A stretch of 64,000 nt of DNA from Candidatus Yanofskybacteria bacterium (GCA_003514055.1 DOSG01000001.1:24571-88570), one strand, 5' to 3'. Counted from the stretch's first letter, positions 1 through 10,452 are shown. Notes: a model not told the origin generated them from the letters alone. Translations and numbers: made by a program.

Positions 1-253
1 AAGGTTGGCCATAGCTCGAGCATTAATTCATCGTCCGAGAATAATCTTGGCCGACGAGCCGACCGGTAACTTGGATCAGGTGAATACGTATGATGTGGTA
101 AAGCTACTCTTGAAGATCAACGAGCTTGGCACAACTATAATTCTAGCTACTCACAATCGAGATGTGGTAAATGCTATCGGCCGAAGGGTCATAAGCATGG
201 AGAATGGTAGAATTGTTCGTGATCAAATTGAGCAGGGCAAATACATAATTTAA
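1..253 (+). CDS. ftsE: Cell division ATP-binding protein FtsE, C-terminal part (5'-truncated by window)
   Basis: AIARAL...ILADEPTGNLD...ATHN ABC motifs; directly upstream of ftsX. Confidence 0.9.
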   Translation, partial: RLAIARALIHRPRIILADEPTGNLDQVNTYDVVKLLLKINELGTTIILATHNRDVVNAIGRRVISMENGRIVRDQIEQGKYII

Positions 254-263
254 ATTATTTATC

Positions 264-1184
264 ATGCATTATCATCTCAAAGAGACATTAAAGAGAATAT
301 TCAATACTGGCTGGTTAAATTTCGTTAGAAATAGTTATGTGAGCTTTGGCACTACTGGCGTCATGACTTTGGTGTTATTGTTGTTCGCCGGTCTTATGAG
401 TCTTAACTTTTTATCAACAAAAGTCGTAGAAGGCCTGCAAGACAAAGTAGACGTAAGCGCTTATTTCAAGTCTTCGGCTAGTGAAGAAGAGGTGGCTAGC
501 GTAAAGATTGATTTAGAGAAAAATCAGCTGGTTAAGAATGTCCTTTATATATCTAAGGATCAGGCATTAGCTGATTTCAAAAAAAGGCATGCTGGCGATC
601 CGCTGATCCAAGAATCATTGGCAGAATTAGACGAGAATCCTCTGCAGGCGTCTTTAAATATAAAAGCTAATAATCCCGATACTTATGCGGAGATAGTTAA
701 ATTCTTAGAAGCTAATAAATTCAGAAGTCTTATCGACAAGATCAATTACTACGAGAATGAAGCGGTTATTAAGCGTGTTGAAGGAATCTCTGGAGGCATA
801 AAAACTTGGGGTCTCATCGCGACTCTACTCTTGGCCCTGATCGCCATTTTGGTAACTTTCAATACTATTCGGTTAACGATATTTAATCAGAAGCAGGAGA
901 TTGAAATTATGAGATTGGTTGGTGGCTCAAATTGGCATGTGAAGGCGCCATACTTAGTGGAGGGGGCTATCTACGGAGTTTTTGCGGCAGTAATAGCCGG
1001 TGCATTGTTCTATCCGATCGCGTACTTCCTTTCGCCGAAAATAAGTATTTTAATTCCGGGCGTAAGTCTGATCGGATATTTTGGATCTAACTTCTTTAGT
1101 TTTATCTTCCTCCTCTTATTGGTGGGGGTTCTAATCGGCGTAGCTTCTAGCTATATCGCGATTAGAAAGTTCTTGAAGGTTTAG
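264..1184 (+). CDS. ftsX: Cell division permease FtsX
   Basis: 1+3 TM layout, ENPL motif, NTIRLTI..QKQEIEIMRLVGG...PYLVEG signature. Confidence 0.92.
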   Translation: MHYHLKETLKRIFNTGWLNFVRNSYVSFGTTGVMTLVLLLFAGLMSLNFLSTKVVEGLQDKVDVSAYFKSSASEEEVASVKIDLEKNQLVKNVLYISKDQALADFKKRHAGDPLIQESLAELDENPLQASLNIKANNPDTYAEIVKFLEANKFRSLIDKINYYENEAVIKRVEGISGGIKTWGLIATLLLALIAILVTFNTIRLTIFNQKQEIEIMRLVGGSNWHVKAPYLVEGAIYGVFAAVIAGALFYPIAYFLSPKISILIPGVSLIGYFGSNFFSFIFLLLLVGVLIGVASSYIAIRKFLKV

Positions 1185-1208
1185 GATTTAATAGTGATTT
1201 AAGTGAGC

Positions 1209-1259
1209 CTCCCGCCCACGGCTCCGGCAATCGCCGGATGCCGAATGGGCGGGAGCTTT
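1209..1259 (+). terminator. Long GC-rich hairpin after ftsX
   Basis: ctcccgccc...gggcgggag stem with inner tccggcaatcgccgga palindrome, followed by ttt. Confidence 0.6.
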
Positions 1260-1313
1260 GACATTCCCGTTGTTGTAGGTATAATAGGCGAAGATTCTGG
1301 GGGAGCATACTAC

Positions 1314-1838
1314 ATGTCGAAGAACCTTGAAATCGAGAGGCGTTTTATTGTCAACGATATATCGGACATTCCCGTTAATACTGATTTGCCAACCAAGGCC
1401 AGGCTTATCCAAGGCTACTTGCCTGGAAGTTCTTTCGATGGATTGCAAGCTCGTGTTAGATATCAACTTGCGCGACAGTCTAATGGTCAGCTGGCCGTGA
1501 CCTTTTCATTGAACATGAAGTCTGGCTACGGCCTGACACGAACCGAGATAGAGATTGGCCTAGCTGTCCAACAATTCAACCACTTATTTCGACTATGCGA
1601 TCGCTACGTCGAGAAAATGCGTTGGAAGTTGGGGGCATATTATCAGGGTGGCGACGGGGGCTTACTGCCAGTAGTGATTGAAATCAACGAATTCGCTGGG
1701 CGTCACGATGGACTGATCCTTGCCGAGATCGAATTTGACTTTGAAGAAGCCGCCAATAGTTTTTCTCCGCCGGTATGGCTCGGTCGTGAAGTGACCGATG
1801 ATCCAGCGTACAGCGGATTTGCTCTGGCTCGTCGATAA
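1314..1838 (+). CDS. CYTH-domain (adenylate cyclase/triphosphate tunnel) protein
   Basis: EIERRF, IQGYL, RVR, EIEF, WLGREVTDDPAY motifs; ATG 1314 after gggag RBS and a ttgaca..tataat promoter (ORF-track start 1203 lies in the terminator). Confidence 0.85.
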   Translation: MSKNLEIERRFIVNDISDIPVNTDLPTKARLIQGYLPGSSFDGLQARVRYQLARQSNGQLAVTFSLNMKSGYGLTRTEIEIGLAVQQFNHLFRLCDRYVEKMRWKLGAYYQGGDGGLLPVVIEINEFAGRHDGLILAEIEFDFEEAANSFSPPVWLGREVTDDPAYSGFALARR

Positions 1839-1918
1839 TTCGAAAGTTCTTTGAGACGTTGAATAAACGTCTTTTTTGTTGTAAGTTGTGGCTAGTTCTC
1901 GGCGTTGGGAGGATAGCT

Positions 1919-2395
1919 ATGCCAGAGAGTAGGTCATTTCCAGAATCTCTTAATCGTGAATTTCTAGAAGATTTGGATGGCCTGGTTGGCAGCATGGTAA
2001 TGATTAAATTCAGTCTGGCCCTGAGTCGCGATTCAAGAGATAGTGGCGACTTCGAGAAGGAGCTAAGACGCGCTCGGAAGTTCTTAATAATTATTACGCC
2101 TAGAGACGTCTTCCATGTGGAAAATATTATAGGAGCTCTCAACGGTCACGAAATCGCCCGAAGAGTCTCTCGCTTATTTGGGCCCGGATTGTCTTCTGTC
2201 GAAGATGAAGCAGAAAGACTCAAGGCCTATCGACTAAGACACAAAGCTTGTCTAGCTACCGTTAATAAGGCTATAAGAGGGGCGTCTGTGTCGCCTCAGG
2301 AAGTCGAGGAAGCCGAAAAATTCTTTGATGACGTAAGAGAGATTTTTGATGGTATTCATCTTCTTCAAGCGCAAAGAGCCGCGGAGGATGAGTAA
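1919..2395 (+). CDS. Hypothetical helical protein
   Basis: ATG 1919 after ggagga RBS; terminator-like agccgcgtgaagcgcggctttt downstream. Confidence 0.6.
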   Translation: MPESRSFPESLNREFLEDLDGLVGSMVMIKFSLALSRDSRDSGDFEKELRRARKFLIIITPRDVFHVENIIGALNGHEIARRVSRLFGPGLSSVEDEAERLKAYRLRHKACLATVNKAIRGASVSPQEVEEAEKFFDDVREIFDGIHLLQAQRAAEDE

Positions 2396-2482
2396 TTAAG
2401 GTATATTTAGCCGCGTGAAGCGCGGCTTTTAATTTGAAATTTTTAATGCTAGAATTGGGCCAGCTATTTGAGGAGTGTAACC

Positions 2483-2794
2483 ATGTGGACTGAACCAGTA
2501 ACTATCATGGTGCCATCTAGGATGTGGGAACTGCGAAAAAGGACCAAGAAAAGATTCGAGCAACTTGAGAAGATGGTGAAAACCAGTAAGCGGGTCAATT
2601 GGTTCGATCTGGACAAATTTTTTATGGATACTCGTAGAGATTGGAATATCCAGTGGCAAGGAGTTGATCAACATACTGGTGGCGAAGAGTTCGTCGAAAG
2701 GTGGTGGCACGACTATTTTGTCCCAAGGTTCGATGCTCTTAAGAAAGCTAAGGTAGCCCAGGACAGACGGATGAGGAGGCACGCTAAGAAATAA
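2483..2794 (+). CDS. Hypothetical basic protein, paralog of 14342..14668
   Basis: gaggag RBS; shared VDQHTGGEEFVERWWHD.FVPRF block with the second copy. Confidence 0.75.
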   Translation: MWTEPVTIMVPSRMWELRKRTKKRFEQLEKMVKTSKRVNWFDLDKFFMDTRRDWNIQWQGVDQHTGGEEFVERWWHDYFVPRFDALKKAKVAQDRRMRRHAKK

Positions 2795-2854
2795 TAAGGC
2801 CATTAGGCCTTTTTATCTTGAAAAAAGTTGGGTTTTGTTGTAAAGTATGGACAT

Positions 2855-2928
2855 TGCGGGATCGTCTAATGGTAGGACACATCCCTCTGGAGGATGGTAT
2901 CTTGGTTCGAATCCAGGTCCCGCAGCCA
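2855..2928 (+). tRNA. tRNA-Gln (anticodon CTG)
   Basis: Acceptor tgcggga/tcccgca, D-loop taatggtag, anticodon arm catcc-ctCTGga-ggatg, T-loop ttcgaat, encoded CCA. Confidence 0.95.
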
Positions 2929-2978
2929 CTATTGAAAGTATCGAGGTAGACCGAGGAGGGGAAGTATCTATATCTACA

Positions 2979-3004
2979 ATAAAAAGCCCCGCGTTAGCGG
3001 GGCT
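2979..3004 (-). terminator. Intrinsic terminator of the AAA operon (possibly bidirectional with the tRNA)
   Basis: agccccgc-gtta-gcggggct stem with U-tract on the minus strand. Confidence 0.7.
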
Positions 3005-3017
3005 GTGTCTTCGAAAA

Positions 3018-4955
3018 TCAGATGTTTACAATCTTTCTTGCCCGGACCTGGGCCAGGTAGCCATCTAGATCTTCGATCAGATTGCGCTTGGCAATGCCTT
3101 GGACAATCTGACCGACGTTGGGCGGTAGGAGTAGTCGTGACGAGCACTCTAGTAGTCCGACCATTGTCATGAAGTCGATAGCTGACTGAGAAGCGCTCGG
3201 GATGAAGTCATCTATGGCGCTATTCAAGGCATTGCTATCAACTATTTTGCCAGAGGCAAAGCGGAAGGCCGCGAGGATAATGGCCTCGACATCGGCGCCA
3301 GACAGACCATCTGTCTTCTTGGCGAATGTCGCGAAGTTCTTGATATCAGTCGGGATATTGTATCTCTTGAACATAACTCGGAAGATATCAGGCAGTTCGT
3401 CCATCGACGGCATCGGGATCAGGATTCTCTGGTCACCACGGCCGCTGCGCTTGAGGGCTGGATCGATACGATCCGGTCTGTTGGTGCAGGAGATGACGAC
3501 GACTTTACCACGAATTCTTGGATCGGAGAGGAACTCCATCCACATTTTCATCAGACGCTCGGCAACTCCAGAGTCACCCTTGGGTGCGTCGCGCTGTGCG
3601 TCGGCTAGATCGGCTTCGTCGTTCATGACGACAACCGGCGCCAGAGACCGCAAGGCGTAGATGAATTTCTGCATTCGGGCTTCGGATTCTCCGACCCACA
3701 TCGAACGAATATTCTTCGTCTTGATGAAGTTGAAGGCGGCTTCTTTAGCCAGGGCTTCAACCAGGGCGGTTTTGCCGGTTCCCGGCGGGCCCATGAAATA
3801 TATGCCCATTGGCACTAGTCGGTATTCTCCGTTTTTGATGGCATCGAGAACCGATTGGAGATATTTTTTGATATACGTGAGACCACCTATGTCCTCGAAG
3901 CCACGTTGGGCGTCCACGACTTCCATGAGCTCGCCATATTCGCTATTGAGAATATTTCTTTTTCTATTTTTTACGAAATTGAGATCGAGCGTTTGCCCGG
4001 TTTTCAGTGCCTGCAAAAAGATTTCAGAAATTTGTCTAAAGCTCATGCCTTGTGCGGCATGGGCAAAGACCGATACTTCGAAATCTGACGGCAAGGTAAT
4101 GACTGGTCCAAGGCTTTCGACCTCGACGCGCTTCTCATTAACTTCGGCTGCGATCTTCTTGTCGACACTTGTGTCGGCTTTTTTGGACTGCTTATCCAAT
4201 TGCGCGATTTCTCCTTCTAGGACCTGCTTCTGTCTTGACCGATAGGTCGTATTGGAGATAAAGTCAATCCTTTCGTCTTTGTCAGGCTTAGGTATGAATA
4301 CCTGATTCGCAGCTGAGCCGTTATTTCTTAGTTCCGAGGAAACTTTTGTGATTTCGTCGGTGAGAAGAATGATGAGGTTATTCTTAGACCTCAGTCTTTC
4401 GCTCTGGCTCCAATTACGCAGTGTCTGGATAGTTACTCTTTCGTTGGCCGGTAACATCGCATTGGCGCCAGGGTTGGGGGCAATGAAATGTGCCGATTTG
4501 ATAACGACGGCCATGTTCTCGGATTTGTACATTACCTTTTCGATAAGTGGTAGACAAGAATTTGGATCTTGTGGCAGTCCACGTTTGGCGGCTAGGTCTG
4601 CCTTGGCGGCGGCGATAGGATCGGCGCCAGTCGCGGCATCTGTTTCAAGGCCAGCCAGTTTCTTGAATTCCTTTTCCATGGCCGATGTTAGAAATCTCAT
4701 TCCCGAAGCAACGTCGTAGAAGATGACAATCTGGCGAGTATCGAAGACCTGCCGCAAGAACTCCCTAAAAGGGATGTATGCGGTATCGGGTTCGATCTCG
4801 CACTTTGGGTTAAGAACTAGTCCATCGGTATCACCGTGGAAGATAAAGAAGTGTGCCATGCCTGATTTTAAGGGAAGAATAAAGTCCTTCTCCAGCCATT
4901 CGGGCATTTTGTATTCGATTACGTTGGTTAGTGTTTCTTCCTTGGGAGTTTTCAT
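3018..4955 (-). CDS. AAA+ ATPase with degenerate N-terminal P-loop domain (Ycf46/Cdc48-like architecture)
   Basis: Walker A GPPGTGKT, WVGESE pore loop, Walker B VMNDEAD, TNRPDRIDPALKRSGR second region of homology. Confidence 0.9.
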   Translation of the reverse strand: MKTPKEETLTNVIEYKMPEWLEKDFILPLKSGMAHFFIFHGDTDGLVLNPKCEIEPDTAYIPFREFLRQVFDTRQIVIFYDVASGMRFLTSAMEKEFKKLAGLETDAATGADPIAAAKADLAAKRGLPQDPNSCLPLIEKVMYKSENMAVVIKSAHFIAPNPGANAMLPANERVTIQTLRNWSQSERLRSKNNLIILLTDEITKVSSELRNNGSAANQVFIPKPDKDERIDFISNTTYRSRQKQVLEGEIAQLDKQSKKADTSVDKKIAAEVNEKRVEVESLGPVITLPSDFEVSVFAHAAQGMSFRQISEIFLQALKTGQTLDLNFVKNRKRNILNSEYGELMEVVDAQRGFEDIGGLTYIKKYLQSVLDAIKNGEYRLVPMGIYFMGPPGTGKTALVEALAKEAAFNFIKTKNIRSMWVGESEARMQKFIYALRSLAPVVVMNDEADLADAQRDAPKGDSGVAERLMKMWMEFLSDPRIRGKVVVISCTNRPDRIDPALKRSGRGDQRILIPMPSMDELPDIFRVMFKRYNIPTDIKNFATFAKKTDGLSGADVEAIILAAFRFASGKIVDSNALNSAIDDFIPSASQSAIDFMTMVGLLECSSRLLLPPNVGQIVQGIAKRNLIEDLDGYLAQVRARKIVNI

Positions 4956-4959
4956 GATC

Positions 4960-5631
4960 CTACCTCTGCTTTAGGAAGTCGTGATGTTCAACGCCGGTGG
5001 CGATTGGTTGGCCAGATTCGTGCTCTTCCGAAAATCGGATTTTGATACCGAATTTCTGAGCAAGCAACATAAGCTTGGCCCGTTCTTCCTTCAATACGGA
5101 TTTTGATTCGAAATGTTCGAAAGTTAGAACACCATTGCCATTGCTACCGACAGCCACGCTCAGATATCTGTGAACGTCGGCACTTTCATTTTTCTCGCCT
5201 TCAACGATAGTCGTCTTCTTACCGCCGATAACTTTGTTGCTAGTCATCGTGGTGTAATCTAGAAGCTGGGCGATGATGGCAAGGACCTCGATTTGGAAGC
5301 GCTCGCCGACGTTTTTGGCAGCAGTTTCAAGTTGCTGCTTTTCTTTTGGTGTCATGAATTGAGCCTTGATAGCCAACTCGCCATTAGAAATCTGGAACTT
5401 GGCGTTGCCGGTATAGCCGATAGCGCGAAGAGTACGATTCAGGGCCTCTTCAAAAAGGGGATTGATATCTAGTCCAGTAAGCCAATCAATGAATACAGTA
5501 TCTTCGACGCCCATATTGTCCAATAGGGTCTTGTCGATTTTCGGAGCTTTGACCTTCTCCTTGAATTCTTGTGGCAACTTTGGCGCCACGCGGATTCTCG
5601 TAATGTTCTTGTACCCGATGTTGCAAGGCAT
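4960..5631 (-). CDS. Hypothetical protein co-transcribed with the AAA ATPase
   Basis: gaggag RBS, 4-nt gap to AAA gene, MPC N-terminus. Confidence 0.75.
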   Translation of the reverse strand: MPCNIGYKNITRIRVAPKLPQEFKEKVKAPKIDKTLLDNMGVEDTVFIDWLTGLDINPLFEEALNRTLRAIGYTGNAKFQISNGELAIKAQFMTPKEKQQLETAAKNVGERFQIEVLAIIAQLLDYTTMTSNKVIGGKKTTIVEGEKNESADVHRYLSVAVGSNGNGVLTFEHFESKSVLKEERAKLMLLAQKFGIKIRFSEEHESGQPIATGVEHHDFLKQR

Positions 5632-5737
5632 GGGGTCTCCTCTCGGTTGTAAACGTGCGAATGAGTCGTCATTGTTTTATCACATAAATCGCGACTTGGC
5701 AAGACTAAAAAACGCTCCGTTTGGAGCGTATATCTTA

Positions 5738-6772
5738 TTAGATCTTCAGGGTACTTGGCTTCTTTTTCGACGAAGATGTCTCGTTGGGAAGTTCTTTGAC
5801 CCTGGCAGTACTTTTTGCCTTAGATCTCGTGGGTTTGCGATTTCGTACCCATTCATCAAGATCCTTGAGTGCAGTCCCGATTTGCTTGATTCTCTTCTCG
5901 CTTTGCGGCTTATACTCGACACCTTCGGCGAGATCGAGTGGTCTCGTTCGCATGTCTTCGAGATACTGCTCTAGCGTCCGGGCTCCGGATACTAAGGCAT
6001 ATACGCCCAGTGTGAGGTCGCCGATTGCCAGATCCTCTGGCAGAATGATAATCCTCTCACTGCCAAGGACCTCAGTCCATTGGCCGACGATACTTGTATT
6101 GTTCCAGCCTTCGCGGGTGGTGGCACCGGTATATCGACGATGAATAAGAAAAACATTTCCTTTGAATTTCTCAATGAGATCAGTGAAGACCTCTCTTGCA
6201 CTGATATTCTTATGCTCGCCACCGAAGTGATCTCTTAGGTCGCTGGCATAGAGGTCAGGCACAAATGCTTCGTCGCCTGTAATTAGGTATATGGGCTTTA
6301 CGGCCTTGGGCATTTTGACGAGATAGGCGTAGTAGTACGCGGTTAACGCATAGGATTCACTGCCTTGACCACCGCCATTGCCTTCGAAGTGGATTCGCTT
6401 GAACCACCTGTCCAAATTGCGGAGTGCCGCGAAGTCGGCCATCTGAAGAGGCGAGACATCGGATCGAATGTCTCCCGTAGCTGCCACACTCATCATCGGA
6501 TCAGGCAGATATTTTCGGGCTACAATCTGGCCGACGATGCCGGGCCATTTGTCCCAGATAATCTTCGGCAAAATGCCCATTGAACCAGTCTCATCGAAAT
6601 CATAGACGAGTGGATTCCCCGCATTACAAACGAGGCGTCGATTCATTGGCGATAATGCCGGATCCATATACGATTGTTGCAAGGCTGTCTCTGCGACGCT
6701 AGTTACGCCATTACTACCTCGATACACGTTGCTGGTAACATCTCGATCGTAGTATGAACCGCCTCCACCCAT
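5738..6772 (-). CDS. vWA (MIDAS) domain protein, paralog 1
   Basis: DETGSMG MIDAS, GGGQGSESY, ITGDE; ATG 6772 after aaggag. Confidence 0.85.
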   Translation of the reverse strand: MGGGGSYYDRDVTSNVYRGSNGVTSVAETALQQSYMDPALSPMNRRLVCNAGNPLVYDFDETGSMGILPKIIWDKWPGIVGQIVARKYLPDPMMSVAATGDIRSDVSPLQMADFAALRNLDRWFKRIHFEGNGGGQGSESYALTAYYYAYLVKMPKAVKPIYLITGDEAFVPDLYASDLRDHFGGEHKNISAREVFTDLIEKFKGNVFLIHRRYTGATTREGWNNTSIVGQWTEVLGSERIIILPEDLAIGDLTLGVYALVSGARTLEQYLEDMRTRPLDLAEGVEYKPQSEKRIKQIGTALKDLDEWVRNRKPTRSKAKSTARVKELPNETSSSKKKPSTLKI

Positions 6773-6859
6773 GTGAGTCTCCTTGTTAATGATCCGGATA
6801 ATATATACCAATCATTTGAAGATCGGTCAAGGACAATAAAAAAGACCGCTGTTAAGCGG

Positions 6860-7873
6860 TCAGATCTTGAGGGATGTCTTTGGATTGCCCTTCTTGCTCT
6901 TGCTTGTGGGTGTATCTTTCGCACTGACCTTCGTGGCGTTGATGCCGGCCAGCTTTCGGAAGGCAGCTTTGGCAATGCCTAGATATTCGGCTTCGAAATC
7001 CTTGCCGCGGAGATTCTCGGTGGCTTTCTCGGCATCGATCTTGCCTTCGCAGACGCCGACGAGCGTGCCGATCAATTCACAGACCTGTTCGGTCTTATCC
7101 ATGCCGACGACGAATTCATTGCCGAGCAATTCGCGCCATCGTTTCCAGACTCGAGGGTCTCGGGCATTATCTGTCAGTCTCGGGATGATATAGAACACCT
7201 GGTATTTTTCTTGGGCTTCTTTGACAATCTGCTCGACTGGGATATCTGTCTCGAATGGGGCCTTGCCCATCAAGGCTGCGATCTCGTCGACGCTGACCGG
7301 TTCGTGAGGAAGCTCGTCGCCGATCAAGAACAGGTAGCCCTTCTTACCTCGTTTTTCGAAGGTGTCGATGGAAGTGTGCCGGGCCATGAAGTAGATGGCG
7401 TTCGGGTATGATTCGCCTCCATTGCCACCGCCTAGACCTTCGAGATACACTCTTTGGAAGAAATCCATCAATTCCTCGGCGCCAGGTTCGAATTCACCGA
7501 TCTGGAGAGGCACCTTATCGCACTTCGAATCTCCGACCGCACCGAATAGGATGTGCACATTCGGGAGATAGTCCTTCTTGAGGAAGTACCCCATCAAATC
7601 CTTGAGACGAACTTCGAGTTCAACTGGCACGGTTCCCATAGAACCAGTGACGTCGAAAATGACAGCCAGAGCATTTGATTGCGGGTGAGTAGCACTATCT
7701 CGACTCTCCCTGATCTTTTTCTTGTCGATAGCAAGATTGGGATGGCACTTGATATCGCTGGTCTTTGTTGCCTTTCGCATATCCGCCGTATAGGCAAAGG
7801 TATCTTTGCCAGAACTCTTGATAGCCTGTTTTCTTGCAGTCAAATCCTCGTCACGATAGGTAGATCCGCCCAT
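6860..7873 (-). CDS. vWA (MIDAS) domain protein, paralog 2
   Basis: DVTGSMG MIDAS, GGGNGGESY, LIGDE; ATG 7873 after aaagga. Confidence 0.85.
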   Translation of the reverse strand: MGGSTYRDEDLTARKQAIKSSGKDTFAYTADMRKATKTSDIKCHPNLAIDKKKIRESRDSATHPQSNALAVIFDVTGSMGTVPVELEVRLKDLMGYFLKKDYLPNVHILFGAVGDSKCDKVPLQIGEFEPGAEELMDFFQRVYLEGLGGGNGGESYPNAIYFMARHTSIDTFEKRGKKGYLFLIGDELPHEPVSVDEIAALMGKAPFETDIPVEQIVKEAQEKYQVFYIIPRLTDNARDPRVWKRWRELLGNEFVVGMDKTEQVCELIGTLVGVCEGKIDAEKATENLRGKDFEAEYLGIAKAAFRKLAGINATKVSAKDTPTSKSKKGNPKTSLKI

Positions 7874-7919
7874 GAGCCTGTTCCTTTCATGTAAAAGTCC
7901 GCTGTCCCTAACCAGAAAG

Positions 7920-7980
7920 AGCATATTAGACAAATGCCGTGCTGTCAACGATTGACGTTGGTTCGGAAATAATGTAGGAT
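7920..7980. promoter_or_regulatory. Back-to-back sigma70 promoters for the vWA and nadE arms
   Basis: +: ttgacg-N17-taggat; -: ttgaca-N17-tatgct; the two -35 boxes form the gtcaacgattgac palindrome. Confidence 0.6.
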
Positions 7981-8026
7981 AATGACAACATTTTGGTCCC
8001 TTTACAAGTAAGAGACGGAGGAAATC

Positions 8027-10450
8027 ATGGCGAGTTTGACCGGAGTCAAGCTGGCAATATGCCAGATGCCAGTCGTGGTCGGAAGGCCTGACCTAAACGT
8101 TCGGTATATGCGTCAGGAGATTTCTGACGCGAAAGATAAGGGCGTAGACATTATTATCTTCCCGGAACTTTCGGTAACTGGGTATATTATCGGCGATATG
8201 TTTGAGCGTGAAGAATTCATTCTCGATGCATACAAGTCGTGTGATGCTATGTTGCGTGAAGTAACGAAAGACGGCATTACGGCGATTGTCGGTGTGCCCG
8301 TCTATGACAACGGTCTTCGTGGCGAAGACGGACGTCGAAGATTATACAATGCAGCTGTTGTATATAGCGACGGTAAGTATATTGGTAAGGCCATCAAAAC
8401 GTTGCAGCCAAACTATCGAATGTTCGACGATGATCGTCATTTCTATTCAGAGCGAAAATTGGCACAGGAGAACGGCCTAGATCTGAATATGATCAATAAC
8501 GTATTTGCCATAAAGTTAAGAGACAGTCGGATAATACGTCCCGGTGTAATGCTTTGCGAAGATGGATGGCCTGATGACTATTATATTGATCCGAGCGAGG
8601 CGCTCATGAATAATGGTGCCGAATTAATTATCAATATATCGGCGTCACCATGGGGTTGGCAGAAGAATCGTAAACGCCACAGCGTCGTCAAGGAGCTCTT
8701 GACCAAACGTAAGGTGTCGATGGTATATGTAAATAACACCGGCTTGCAGAACAATGGCAAGAATTTGATCGTGTTTGATGGCAGCTCAACAGTATACAAC
8801 GCGAACGGAGAAGTTGTTTACGAAGTTGCTCCCTATGCCGTTGGTAATCACTATTTCGAATTTACGGAAAAACTTCCCGTTGTTATTCAAAACAAACAAG
8901 ATGATTCGCGGGAGCTATATCTGGCGGTACATAACGCCATCAAGGAATTCTGTTCATCATTCAAGAAGATTATCATTGGCGTCAGTGGTGGTATTGATTC
9001 AGCTGTCGCCGCTGCGGCATATGTCGATGCGCTGGGCAAAGATAAGGTCCTCGGAGTCTTTATGCCTTTTAGTAAATATAGTTCTACCGAGAGCGAAGTA
9101 AGGGCTCGTGCTATAGCTGAAAGTCTCGGTATTGAATTCCGAGTCGTGAGCATCGATGCAATCGTTGATTCGATTGCGGGATTACTTTCTACACAAGAGG
9201 GAACTCTTGAGTATGAGAATATACAGGCTCGGGCTCGTATGGAAGTCCTAGCAGCCATTGCTCAGAGAGAGGGTGGCGTGTTCGTCTGCAATACAAACAA
9301 AGTCGAAGCCGCATTTGGCTACGGCACGATGTATGGCGATATCGCTGGTGCTCTCGCGTTGTTGGCCGATATGGTGAAGCGCGAAGTCTATCAGTTGGGT
9401 AATTACTACAATGAGCAGGTTTTTGGTAGGCAAGTAATTCCTGCCGATTGTTTCAACATTGCGCCCACGGCCGAGTTGGGCCTGAATCAGAAAGACCCCT
9501 TCGATTATGGGAATCTGCTTCGCCGAGGTTATCACGACGAGATGGTTAGGGCATTCACTGAATTCAGACTTGGTCCGGAATGGTTCATTGAAGCCTATAT
9601 GTCGAAGCAACTTGAGATAGAGTTGAAGCTTGAAGCTGGGACGATCGATCGATTGTTTCCTTCAGCTGGCAAGTTCGTCGCTGATCTCGAAAAACACTGG
9701 GCTTTGTATCGACGAGCATTCTTCAAGACAAATCAAATGCCGCCGATTCTCATCGTGAGCAAGCGCGCATTCGGTTATGATCTGCGAAGGTCAATGGTGA
9801 CGCCCCACTTTACTGGAAGGTATCGACGATTAAAGGCATTCGTATTGCCTAAAGAGCCCAGACGAATTGCGATCTATGGTGGAAGTTTCAATCCGCCCGG
9901 ATTGAATCATCTCCAGGTCGTACAAAGTGCTCTTAAATCATTCGACACAGTTATCGTTGTGCCGTGTGGTCCCAGAGGGGATAAGGATTCTATCAATACG
10001 GTAACCTTCGTGGACCGCAAGAATATGATCGAGATGGCTTTTGGCGATGTACCTGGCGTAGAGATTGATTGGCGAGATTTGAAGTCGGGCGACTTCACTC
10101 CAACCTATCAATTGCAGGAGATCTACAAAGCAGAATTCCCCGACGACGAAATATGGTTCGTGGTCGGGAGTGATATAGTTTTGAAGGGTTCAGATGGCCT
10201 ATCGCTTATTCAGCGAATGTGGCGTCAGGGTAAGAGAATCTGGCAAGAGTTAAACTGGGCAGTGATTGCTCGAAGCAACGTGGCTATTCCAGCCGACAAC
10301 ATGCCGCCGAATTTTCTACTGCTTGCGGCGAGTGACATCTTTGGATCATCGAGTACCATTAGACAGATGGTAGCTGATGGCAAAGATATCGGTGATTTCG
10401 TCGATGACGAAGTTGGTGAATATATTGCCAAGAAGGGATTGTACAGATAG
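8027..10450 (+). CDS. nadE: Glutamine-dependent NAD+ synthetase fused to a C-terminal NadD-like nicotinate-nucleotide adenylyltransferase
   Basis: Nitrilase triad (FPEL, K, LCED); synthetase SGGIDS, NIQARAR, GYGTMYGD, PTAEL; C-terminal YGGSFNPPGLNH, GSD, SSSTIR. Confidence 0.9.
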   Translation: MASLTGVKLAICQMPVVVGRPDLNVRYMRQEISDAKDKGVDIIIFPELSVTGYIIGDMFEREEFILDAYKSCDAMLREVTKDGITAIVGVPVYDNGLRGEDGRRRLYNAAVVYSDGKYIGKAIKTLQPNYRMFDDDRHFYSERKLAQENGLDLNMINNVFAIKLRDSRIIRPGVMLCEDGWPDDYYIDPSEALMNNGAELIINISASPWGWQKNRKRHSVVKELLTKRKVSMVYVNNTGLQNNGKNLIVFDGSSTVYNANGEVVYEVAPYAVGNHYFEFTEKLPVVIQNKQDDSRELYLAVHNAIKEFCSSFKKIIIGVSGGIDSAVAAAAYVDALGKDKVLGVFMPFSKYSSTESEVRARAIAESLGIEFRVVSIDAIVDSIAGLLSTQEGTLEYENIQARARMEVLAAIAQREGGVFVCNTNKVEAAFGYGTMYGDIAGALALLADMVKREVYQLGNYYNEQVFGRQVIPADCFNIAPTAELGLNQKDPFDYGNLLRRGYHDEMVRAFTEFRLGPEWFIEAYMSKQLEIELKLEAGTIDRLFPSAGKFVADLEKHWALYRRAFFKTNQMPPILIVSKRAFGYDLRRSMVTPHFTGRYRRLKAFVLPKEPRRIAIYGGSFNPPGLNHLQVVQSALKSFDTVIVVPCGPRGDKDSINTVTFVDRKNMIEMAFGDVPGVEIDWRDLKSGDFTPTYQLQEIYKAEFPDDEIWFVVGSDIVLKGSDGLSLIQRMWRQGKRIWQELNWAVIARSNVAIPADNMPPNFLLLAASDIFGSSSTIRQMVADGKDIGDFVDDEVGEYIAKKGLYR

Positions 10451-10452
10451 TT

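Noticed and set aside
2847-3068. 73-aa ORF
   Set aside because: Overlaps the tRNA-Gln gene and a terminator; spurious
3202-7894. Many + strand ORFs of 66-194 aa
   Set aside because: Antisense shadows of the AAA and vWA genes, with no motifs or RBS
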